Shown piece after piece: positions 55,948-64,000 of a DNA stretch of 64,000 nucleotides. Origin of the DNA: Candidatus Cloacimonadota bacterium (GTDB lineage Bacteria; Cloacimonadota; Cloacimonadia; JGIOTU-2); NCBI GenBank assembly GCA_049903315.1, contig JBNGBT010000006.1, forward strand, positions 1 through 64,000, given 5' to 3'. Numbering within the stretch: the first letter of the stretch is position 1; each line of letters begins with the position of its first letter. The notes beneath the pieces were generated by a model, which was given only the letters and a program-made list of their open reading frames with translations, was not told the origin of the DNA and searched no databases. The position numbers were made by a program, and so were the translations under genes.

Positions 55948-57984
55948 TTATCGCGAAAGTAACATTTTATTAATTTGAGAACTACCATCAATATTAACCT
56001 TATAGAAATATATTCCATTACTTGCATTATTTCCATGCAAATCTGTGCCGTCCCAAACTGCGAATCCTTCTGTAGGAGAATTTCCATTTTGAGATTCGAG
56101 GATGTTTATTAGTTGTCCTCTCGCATTGTAGATTGTTACAGAAGGTGCATGAATAGGTTTTTTGGATGAAAATGAAATTGTTGTATAAGAATTAAATGGA
56201 TTAGGAAAGTTCACTGTTTTTATATTTGGAAACCCGGGTTCTTCTTCAACATCCCAGAAATAAAAATATATATCAACCTCGCAATAATTTATATTTCCAC
56301 CTGAGTTATCCCCAAATCCTAACACATGAGAGCCAAATGAGTTATCATCATAATAATACAGCAGGACTTTTCCCCATAAATCAGAATAGTCGGATACTAT
56401 ATTTTGTTCGAGATACGGATACACTGTAATTTGATCTGAGAAGTCGAAGTTCGGATTATTGATATCGGTCAATTCGAGTAATTTATATCCACCCCAAACA
56501 CCCCTTGCGCCGATGCATATAACAGGATGTTCCAGATAATCAGAATAATTTGAATATCCCAAGTGTGCGAGTGTGCTGTATGTCGCATCAGACCAGCAAT
56601 GTATAAAGGGAACAGAATATGTTGAAATGGCATTACTTTGTTTATCACTATATTTATTTCCAGGATATGCAACAACTACATATAAAACAGTGTCATTACC
56701 GGTAATTTCCCATGGAACCGAGTGATACGACTGAGTATCTGTACCTGGCAGCCGCGGTATCTCATTAAACACGAATTCTTTTTCATCACTCAACCAATAA
56801 GCATCGATTTGTGGATGGAAGTTTTCTACATAAAAAGTATTTCTTGTTTCAGGATCAGTATAGGAATAACATGTAAGCAGGGTCGCATGTAAATCACCGT
56901 GAATATTGTATAGCGCCGTGTTATTATAACCGAAAATATCTACATCGAGATAATCCGGAATGAATCCATTAAATTCAAATTGAGGTAAATTCTCAACCTG
57001 ATAAAAGGCTGAACTTGTTCCCTGGTTGTGATTGTAAAGGTTAGCATAATCCCAAGTCTCTCCATAATCATAAGATTCCCAGACAAATAGACCTTGATTT
57101 ACCGGCATGTTGCCGAGATCTCCTTCCATCCATGTGCAATATCCAATCATGCTTACTTTGCCGGGAGTACTTTCATCGACTGAAAATGAAAGGGATCTTG
57201 CCCTACACGATTTATCGATCCATAGCTGCATGGGGAAAATACAAGTCCAATTACTTGTATTCAGGATTTCATCGCAACTTCCATAATATCCTTCAATATC
57301 AATAAACATAATTCTTACATCGTTGCAGTTTGCAATATTTTGAGAAATATGATAAACTCTCGTCCAACCATCACCATTTGGTGATATGCCAGTGTATAAT
57401 CTGGGCCAGATATACTCATCGGGAGTCATAGAAGAAAAAAATGAAACGGAAGACCAGAATCCGGGAATACCCAGAAGTGAATAATCATCATAACATATCG
57501 TACATCCATACTGTGAACCGGAAGGATTTTCATTCCATGACGCAATACAATTCCCAGATGCAGGATGTATCGCACATGTGCCATATCCCTGATTAACATC
57601 ACCGGCGGTAATAGTTCCCCAATTACCACCTATAGTACCAGATGCATCTCTATAAGCATAATACTGGAGACGTGTTGCATTAGAATCTGCTGTGCCAAAC
57701 CAGGTTAAATATGTCCCATTTTCATAACCCGTTTGCTTGCGTATAGTACGTCCATTAAAACCACCGGGCATATAATCGTAGTATGAGTTCATTATCGTTG
57801 TTGGTTGTTTAATGAATTCATATTGAACATTTGTATTGATTCCTTCGGTATAAGGAAGAATTATGGTTCCTCTGTCAAGTCCCGAAACAGGGATGAGATT
57901 TCTGTCTGCTTGGTTAAACTCCTCAGCTGATAAAAATGAAGTAAGTAAAAGAAATGAAATTAATATACATATTTTTTTATACAT
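55948..57984 (-). CDS. Secreted Asp-box protein with FlgD-Ig/T9SS-type CTD (paralog A, divergent)
   Basis: Signal peptide from MYKK (ATG 57984, GGAGG SD; an in-frame ATG at 58035 also has an SD). SYYDYMPG, WESYDYGETW; CTD NFPNPFN...IYNARGQL...WDGTD...NGIYFYKV. Confidence 0.85.
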   Translation of the reverse strand: MYKKICILISFLLLTSFLSAEEFNQADRNLIPVSGLDRGTIILPYTEGINTNVQYEFIKQPTTIMNSYYDYMPGGFNGRTIRKQTGYENGTYLTWFGTADSNATRLQYYAYRDASGTIGGNWGTITAGDVNQGYGTCAIHPASGNCIASWNENPSGSQYGCTICYDDYSLLGIPGFWSSVSFFSSMTPDEYIWPRLYTGISPNGDGWTRVYHISQNIANCNDVRIMFIDIEGYYGSCDEILNTSNWTCIFPMQLWIDKSCRARSLSFSVDESTPGKVSMIGYCTWMEGDLGNMPVNQGLFVWESYDYGETWDYANLYNHNQGTSSAFYQVENLPQFEFNGFIPDYLDVDIFGYNNTALYNIHGDLHATLLTCYSYTDPETRNTFYVENFHPQIDAYWLSDEKEFVFNEIPRLPGTDTQSYHSVPWEITGNDTVLYVVVAYPGNKYSDKQSNAISTYSVPFIHCWSDATYSTLAHLGYSNYSDYLEHPVICIGARGVWGGYKLLELTDINNPNFDFSDQITVYPYLEQNIVSDYSDLWGKVLLYYYDDNSFGSHVLGFGDNSGGNINYCEVDIYFYFWDVEEEPGFPNIKTVNFPNPFNSYTTISFSSKKPIHAPSVTIYNARGQLINILESQNGNSPTEGFAVWDGTDLHGNNASNGIYFYKVNIDGSSQINKMLLSR

Positions 57985-58080
57985 ATGACCCTCCAAGTCA
58001 TTTTCTTTTTCTCCAGTTTTTGATCCTTTTTTCATATAAACTCCACAAGGTAAAAAAAAATATAAAAAACTATTTTGTCA

Positions 58081-58112
58081 AAAAAAAGCCTGCTCGAAGG
58101 TGAACAGGCTTT
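58081..58112 (-). terminator. Intrinsic terminator (repeated cassette, copy 2)
   Basis: Minus strand GCCTGTTC-accttc-GAGCAGGC-TTTTTTT. Confidence 0.8.
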
Positions 58113-58136
58113 AATATTTGTGGGGAATTTGTAGCT

Positions 58137-60218
58137 TTATCGGGTAAGCATCATCTTTTGCACTTGCGCAAAACCATCGATTTCCACCTTATAGAGATAG
58201 ATGCCATTTGCCACATCATTGCCGTGCATATCTTTTCCATTCCAGACTGCGTAGCCATGTGTTGTATTTTCAACTTCATTCATATCGAGAATTTTTACAA
58301 GCTGCCCTTTTGTATTATAAATGCTGACAGCAGAATGAGTAATCGGTCGGGATGAAGTAAAAGATATCTTTGTTGAACCAGAAGCAGGATTAGGATAATT
58401 TGATAGCGAGAGTGTTGGATTAGGGATTTCATGATCAACGTCAAACATTGAAAAATCAATCAAAATTTCACAATAGTTGATTTGTCCGCCATTGTTTTGT
58501 CCCTGTCCGCTTTGAGAAAATGAACCAAATGAGTTGTCATCATAATAATACAAATATACAAGACCCCAGTCGTCGCCAAGATCGACAATATAATCACTTA
58601 GATTGGGATAGGCGGTAATTTCTCCTGAGAAATCATACAATGTACTGTAAATATCGGTTAATTCAATTGGATCAGACCACGTTTGACCATTATTTCGGGA
58701 AGCCGACAAATAGAGGACTGGATGTTCTGCATATGCTTGATAAGCAGGATCTCCATCTTCAGCAAGTTGCACGTAGGTGCCATCAGCCCAGAGTTGAACC
58801 ATCCAATCTTTTGTCCTGTTGATCGCGTTTCTCTGGCAGTTTTCATGGAAAACGTTCGATGTTCCAGGATATTTGCTAAAAGTAACTGTAGTATAAAGAA
58901 GAGTATCAGGTCCGATTATCTCCCACGGAACAGTATGTCCGGAAAGTGGATCTATGCCGGGCATACCCGGAACTTCACGATATTCCCAGCTAGATCCAGT
59001 CCATATGGCTTCTGCCTGAGGAAGGAAATGATTAAAATAATAGAAATCTCCTGCCGCATCTGTATAACCATATTCTTGCATAAATGTGAAATGAAGATTT
59101 CCATCTGCATCATATAATGCCGTGTTATGACATCCTGCAAGCTGGACTTCGATCTCATCAAGAATAGTACTGCTATTATCTTTGAATTGAGGAATATTTT
59201 CCACTACATAGATCGTCTCACCAGGTCCATCGCTACGCAGGTTTGCCTGATCCCATGTCGTACCATAATCGAAAGACTCCCACACAAAGAAACCTTCATC
59301 AACAGGCATATCACCAAGATCACCTTCCAACCAGATATCGTATCCAATGATTGCAACTTTGCCGGGATTTTCATAGTCGATCGCAAAAGCCTGAGAATAT
59401 GGTCTGCAAGATTTCGCGCGCCAATAATGCATCGGGGTGCATGTGGTCCAATTAGCTAAGTTCAGAATTTGTGAAAGATCCGCGGTGAATAGGTTTTCAA
59501 TGTCCGTATACATGATTCGGGTATCTTCGCATGCATTCCCAAAAGAATCATTAGTAAAATTCTTTGCTATTTGGTACAAGCGCAACCATCCATCGCCTAG
59601 AGGGGATGGTCCAAGGTAGAAATACGGCCAGTCATATTCATCGGGCAAATCTGGCGGCAAATAAGTTATCGATGACCAGAAGCCGGGGATTCCCAGGAGT
59701 GCGAAATCATCATACACAAAGGTTGTTCCGTAAAAGTTAGTCCCTTCACCATCTTCATGCCAGGTTGCGAGACAGTTGCCTGTGGCAGGATGGACAGTAC
59801 AACTTCCATATCCCTGCCAAATATCATAATTAGAAATTGTACCCCACGATTCATTAAGCCCCTGGTCATTGATGTAGGCGTAGTATTGCCTGCGGTTTAC
59901 GGTTGTAGTTGCTGTTCCAAACCACGTCAGATAATACCCGGATCCGTTCTCAGTTTGGATTCCAAAAGGAAAACCCTCATATGAACCGGGCATATAATCA
60001 TAATATGAAGTCATGATCGTCGTGGGATCAGTTTTAAATTCATAGTCAGGGACAGGATAATTTTCTCTATGCACAACAGAAGTGACAGGAATTAATCTTG
60101 AGGTATCATAATTAGTATAGGGGATTGCTTTCCTCTTAGGTTGTTGCATCGATTTTGCTTGCAAAGCACATACTGACACAAAAAGTAGCAGCATGAGCGC
60201 AAAAATAATCTTTTTCAT
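58137..60218 (-). CDS. Secreted Asp-box protein with FlgD-Ig/T9SS-type CTD (paralog B)
   Basis: Signal peptide; SYYDYMPG, WESFDYGTTW, SRNNGQTWSDP and FHENCQRNA; CTD NYPNP...NGIYLYKV. Confidence 0.88.
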   Translation of the reverse strand: MKKIIFALMLLLFVSVCALQAKSMQQPKRKAIPYTNYDTSRLIPVTSVVHRENYPVPDYEFKTDPTTIMTSYYDYMPGSYEGFPFGIQTENGSGYYLTWFGTATTTVNRRQYYAYINDQGLNESWGTISNYDIWQGYGSCTVHPATGNCLATWHEDGEGTNFYGTTFVYDDFALLGIPGFWSSITYLPPDLPDEYDWPYFYLGPSPLGDGWLRLYQIAKNFTNDSFGNACEDTRIMYTDIENLFTADLSQILNLANWTTCTPMHYWRAKSCRPYSQAFAIDYENPGKVAIIGYDIWLEGDLGDMPVDEGFFVWESFDYGTTWDQANLRSDGPGETIYVVENIPQFKDNSSTILDEIEVQLAGCHNTALYDADGNLHFTFMQEYGYTDAAGDFYYFNHFLPQAEAIWTGSSWEYREVPGMPGIDPLSGHTVPWEIIGPDTLLYTTVTFSKYPGTSNVFHENCQRNAINRTKDWMVQLWADGTYVQLAEDGDPAYQAYAEHPVLYLSASRNNGQTWSDPIELTDIYSTLYDFSGEITAYPNLSDYIVDLGDDWGLVYLYYYDDNSFGSFSQSGQGQNNGGQINYCEILIDFSMFDVDHEIPNPTLSLSNYPNPASGSTKISFTSSRPITHSAVSIYNTKGQLVKILDMNEVENTTHGYAVWNGKDMHGNDVANGIYLYKVEIDGFAQVQKMMLTR

Positions 60219-60301
60219 TACATCTCCTATCTGTTACTCAATGTAATGGTCTTATAAGAAGTATATAAAAACTCACGACCTCCAAGAAAAGACCTCCATT
60301 G

Positions 60302-60337
60302 AAAAAGGGATGCCTGCCCTTTTGGGACAGGCATCCC
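60302..60337 (-). terminator. Intrinsic terminator (related cassette)
   Basis: Minus strand GGGATGCCTGTCC-caaaa-GGGCAGGCATCCC-TTTTT. Confidence 0.8.
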
Positions 60338-60351
60338 GTGTAACAAATGAT

Positions 60352-62433
60352 TTAGTGGGTTAACATCATTTTGCTGGAAATGGATGTGCCGTCGATCTCT
60401 ACTTTATAGAGATAAATACCGTTTGCAACATCATTACCAGCAATATCTTTACCATCCCAGCGTGCAAATCCTTCAGTCGGGCTTGTGCCCTGATTCACTT
60501 CCAGATTTTTGACCAGTTGTCCCCTTAAATTATACACACTGATCGCTGCATTTTGGTAGGCTTTCTTAGCTGTGAAGTTAATAGTTGTGGATGCGATAAA
60601 TGGATTAGGATAATTGGAAATACTCGCTACAGGTTGAGTGGGATCAGGATTTACTGAAACTGGAGGGAATTCTATATCAATGCTGCAATAGGTGATCTGT
60701 CCACCCACATCTTGACCAACTCCTGCACGAATGAAACATCCGAATGAATTATCATCATAATACATGATATGAACACGTCCAATTGTATCACTTATTGGTT
60801 CAATATAGTTATACAGATTTGGATATACCGTGATTTGGCCAGAGAAATCGAATTGAGTGTTGTAAATATCTGAAAGTTCAATGGGATCTGACCAGGATTG
60901 ACCATTATCTGAAGAAGCAGAAATAAAGAGTATCGGATGTGTTGCATACGCTTGATATGCTGGATCGCCATCTTCTGCAAGTTGGACATATGTGCCGTCA
61001 GCCCAAAGTTGAACCATCCAGTTATTCTCTTTATTAATTGCATTTCTCTGGCAATTCTGGTGGAATATCTCAGATTCTTCAGGATATTTATTGTATCCTA
61101 TTGTTGTATACAGAAGGGTGTCTGGACCTACGATTTCCCAGGGTACATCCATACCTGTCCATGGATCAATACCGGGAAGTCCGGGCACATTATGATAAGT
61201 CCAGCTTGATCCATCCCACACTGCCTCTGCCTCAGGAAGGAAATGATTAAAGTAATAACCCGAACCTGCATCATCAGTATATCCGTACTGCTGCATATAC
61301 GCAAGATGTGCATTTCCATTAGCATCAAACTGAGCAGTATCATGCCAACCAGCCGCATCAACCTCTATACTATCAAGAAGCGTACTACTGTTATCACGAA
61401 ATCCTGGAATATTTGCAACCACATAAATATACTCATCAGGTCCATCTCCATGCAGGTTTGATAGATCCCATGTAGCACCATAATCAAAAGACTCAAAGAT
61501 ATAGAAACCTGGATCAACCGGCATATCTCCGAGATCTCCTTCAAGCCAGGAGCAATAACCAACAATCGCAACATGTCCGGGAGTGCTATGATCTATAGCA
61601 AAAGCTTGGGATTGAGGGCGGCAGGATTTTGCTCTCCAATAATACATGGGTCTGACAGTTGTCCAATTAGCAACGTTCAGAACTGGTGTTAAGTCAGCAA
61701 AAGGAGTATTCTCTACATCTATGTACATTATTCTCGGATCTTCACATGGATGATCCCAGGCATCATGTGTGTAGTTCTTTGAGATGTGATATAGTCGAAT
61801 CCACCCATCTCCATTTGGTGATGGTCCTACATATACGTAAGGCCAAATGTACTCATCAGGGAGGGGAGAATCGAAGAAAGTTACTGAAGACCAGAAACCT
61901 GGAATACCGAGCAGTCCATAGTCATCATAACAAATCGTCACACCATAATTTGCGCCAGTTGGGTTTTCATGCCATGTGGAAAAGCAGTCACCGGTTGCAG
62001 GATGGATAGCTATACTACCATATCCTTGAGTGCGATCATACGTTGAGATTGTACCCCAGTTTCCACCGATAACGCCTGAAGCATCAGCATAGGCATAGTA
62101 CTGGCGACGGGTTGCAGTAGTAGTAGCTGTCCCATGCCATGTGATATAGGTGCCAGCACCTATATTATATTGTCGTTGTATGGGATAGCCTTCATATGAA
62201 CCGGGCATGTAATCATAGTACGACGTCATGATCGCAGTAGGGTTGGTGGAAAAACTATAGTTAGGAACAGGTGGGTTATCACGATGATTGGCTTTTGACA
62301 GGGGAATTAATTTACTGACATCAATATTGGTAACAGCAGTTTTTTCAGAACCAGCTGGATCCATAAATTCCGCGTGAAGTGTGAGAGTCGATACAAAAAA
62401 ACATAAGAGTAAAAGTACTCCTAATTTTTTCAT
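60352..62433 (-). CDS. Secreted Asp-box protein with FlgD-Ig/T9SS-type CTD (paralog C)
   Basis: GGAGG SD before ATG 62433; SYYDYMPG, FESFDYGATW and SSDNGQSWSDP; CTD NYPNPF...NGIYLYKV. Confidence 0.88.
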   Translation of the reverse strand: MKKLGVLLLLCFFVSTLTLHAEFMDPAGSEKTAVTNIDVSKLIPLSKANHRDNPPVPNYSFSTNPTAIMTSYYDYMPGSYEGYPIQRQYNIGAGTYITWHGTATTTATRRQYYAYADASGVIGGNWGTISTYDRTQGYGSIAIHPATGDCFSTWHENPTGANYGVTICYDDYGLLGIPGFWSSVTFFDSPLPDEYIWPYVYVGPSPNGDGWIRLYHISKNYTHDAWDHPCEDPRIMYIDVENTPFADLTPVLNVANWTTVRPMYYWRAKSCRPQSQAFAIDHSTPGHVAIVGYCSWLEGDLGDMPVDPGFYIFESFDYGATWDLSNLHGDGPDEYIYVVANIPGFRDNSSTLLDSIEVDAAGWHDTAQFDANGNAHLAYMQQYGYTDDAGSGYYFNHFLPEAEAVWDGSSWTYHNVPGLPGIDPWTGMDVPWEIVGPDTLLYTTIGYNKYPEESEIFHQNCQRNAINKENNWMVQLWADGTYVQLAEDGDPAYQAYATHPILFISASSDNGQSWSDPIELSDIYNTQFDFSGQITVYPNLYNYIEPISDTIGRVHIMYYDDNSFGCFIRAGVGQDVGGQITYCSIDIEFPPVSVNPDPTQPVASISNYPNPFIASTTINFTAKKAYQNAAISVYNLRGQLVKNLEVNQGTSPTEGFARWDGKDIAGNDVANGIYLYKVEIDGTSISSKMMLTH

Positions 62434-62604
62434 GTAAACCTCCATTTAATTTTTTGTAATACGTTAACATTTTTAACCTCTCTAAGAAAACAACATCTTG
62501 TGAAATCCTAAATATTTTAGATCTCGGGCTTTTTTACACTCTATTTAATGTTATAAAAAAAGTAATTTATTAATTTTTTTTTGTCAAGAAGTTGATGGTT
62601 AAAT

Positions 62605-62635
62605 AAAAAAAGCCTGCTCGATGAACGAACAGGCT
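62605..62635 (-). terminator. Intrinsic terminator (repeated cassette, copy 3)
   Basis: Minus strand AGCCTGTTCG-ttcat-CGAGCAGGCT-TTTTTT. Confidence 0.8.
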
Positions 62636-62657
62636 AATGTATAATGTAAGATTTTAC

Positions 62658-64000
62658 TTATCTGCTAAGCATCATCTTTTTGGCAATTGTTGCACCATTG
62701 GTTTCTACTTTATAGAAGTAAATTCCGTTTGCAACATCATTACCAAACTGGTCAGTTCCATCCCAGGTTGCATGTCCTGCAGTATGAGAATCAGCAATTG
62801 AATCGAGAGATCTTACAAGCTGACCGCGGGTGTTATAGATCGTGACTTTTGCATTTTCCACGCCAACTGAAGCTGCGAATTGGATTTGTGTGTGTGAGAA
62901 GAATGGATTAGGAACATTGCGAAGGGTCATTGTTGCTTCTGGTTGCGGCTGTGAAGGATCTGCTGAAAGTGTCAAACCCGCAAAGTCGATTTTGAATGAA
63001 CAGTAAACCATTTCACCACCGGTTGCTGGACCCATGCTTTGGATCGAGCTACCGTAGTCATTATCATCAAAGAAGTACATGTCTATCTGTCCCCACCCAT
63101 CGCCAAGATCTTTGATCGTGCGATCAATGTAGGGATACATGGTTATCATGTCTGCAAATCCCGGGAATACGGTGCTGTAGATATCAGAAAGTTCAATTGG
63201 GGCGCTCCAGTTTTCACCGTTATTATTGGTTGCAGATATATGAAGAATTGGATGTGTTGCATATGCATCATATCCGGGTATTGCATTTTCTGCATAAAGT
63301 GTTTTTGTGCCACTATCCCATACTTGAACCATCCATGGTTGTGTGTAACAGGCTGCATTACGTTGTGTATTTTCGTGGAAGCCAACGTCATTAGCGATTG
63401 CAAATGGATAATCTCTCCAGGGGTAGACTAAAGTGTCACCGCTTACAGGATCAATTTCCCATGGAACGCTCATGCCTGACCATGCATCGATTCCTGGTAA
63501 ATTAGGAACATTGCGAATTTCCCATGTGCCGTCAGTTTTGTAGACAACTTCAGCTTCGTACTGGAACTCGTAATAGGGCCAATAGGACGCGCTTCCCGCT
63601 GCACCGTCAACTTTGCATATCCAGAACATTTCAGGTAGGTGCAGATTTCCTTCGCTATCAAAGGTAGCTGTTCTATGAGTTGAGTGTTGGTTACCGGGCC
63701 ATCCAATCCATACATGAAGTGAATCAAAAGGCAAGTCGTCAACTGTAAATCCAGGAACGTTTTCTACAGCATAAAGGACATATTCATTTAACATGCCTAC
63801 ATCAGTCTGGTATGAATGGAAGTTTGCATAGTCCCAGGTTTCACCACCATCATAAGAATCCCATACATAGAATCCTTGAGGAACAACTTCTTCACCTATT
63901 AAACCATTAGTGTATCCTGCATAACCAAATATTGCGATATGTCCTGCATTGAATGGATCCACTGCCCAAGAAGTATAAGGACGACAGGAAAGACCTATAT
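62658..64000 (-). CDS. Secreted Asp-box protein with FlgD-Ig/T9SS-type CTD (paralog D, 5' end outside the window)
   Basis: The frame stays open past 63962 (IGLSCRPYTSWAVD, matching KSCRPxSQAFAID of the paralogs). WDSYDGGETW, TNNNGENWSAP and FHENTQRNA; CTD NVPNPF...NGIYFYKV. Confidence 0.85.
   Translation of the reverse strand, partial: IGLSCRPYTSWAVDPFNAGHIAIFGYAGYTNGLIGEEVVPQGFYVWDSYDGGETWDYANFHSYQTDVGMLNEYVLYAVENVPGFTVDDLPFDSLHVWIGWPGNQHSTHRTATFDSEGNLHLPEMFWICKVDGAAGSASYWPYYEFQYEAEVVYKTDGTWEIRNVPNLPGIDAWSGMSVPWEIDPVSGDTLVYPWRDYPFAIANDVGFHENTQRNAACYTQPWMVQVWDSGTKTLYAENAIPGYDAYATHPILHISATNNNGENWSAPIELSDIYSTVFPGFADMITMYPYIDRTIKDLGDGWGQIDMYFFDDNDYGSSIQSMGPATGGEMVYCSFKIDFAGLTLSADPSQPQPEATMTLRNVPNPFFSHTQIQFAASVGVENAKVTIYNTRGQLVRSLDSIADSHTAGHATWDGTDQFGNDVANGIYFYKVETNGATIAKKMMLSR

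Noticed and set aside
60219..60301. Two GGAGGTC motifs and a possible 15-codon TTG leader peptide upstream of paralog B
   Set aside because: Too short and unsupported; it could be chance or RNA-binding-protein sites and cannot be distinguished from sequence alone.
55878..62635. Repeated hairpins as CRISPR repeats or DGR elements
   Set aside because: They are spaced by whole genes of 2 kb or more and carry poly-T tails. There is no cas gene, no reverse transcriptase and no adenine-specific TR/VR pair.

Overview
This is a mostly housekeeping 64-kb bacterial chromosome segment from a Gram-negative anaerobe. It is most consistent with Candidatus Cloacimonadota or another FCB-group lineage; this is an inference from the lipid A genes, a glycyl-radical enzyme and many secreted proteins with FlgD-Ig/T9SS-type C-terminal domains. 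Core content: queA, an exonuclease-DinG fusion, a phnDCE-like ABC transporter, lysS, prfB (programmed +1 frameshift), lpxB, the cluster infC-rpmI-rplT-pheST-zapB/zapA-6S RNA-rny-ymdB-folD, an lpoB lipoprotein cluster and tRNA-Arg(CCT). The most notable accessory elements are: (1) a low-GC, translationally coupled three-gene islet downstream of tRNA-Arg, encoding an uncharacterised protein, a Panacea/DUF4065 antitoxin with a long N-terminal extension and a RelE-like toxin, which is a candidate tripartite toxin-antitoxin or phage-defence system; (2) a glycyl-radical enzyme plus activase resembling the arylacetate decarboxylase clade, with a GGCTEP cysteine loop and no small subunit; (3) a tandem array of at least four paralogous secreted Asp-box proteins separated by related terminator cassettes; (4) REP-like palindromes; and (5) recurrent TTGAC boxes with no canonical -10 box. 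No CRISPR array, integrase, transposase or rRNA was seen. All family assignments are from motif recognition by eye, not database searches.
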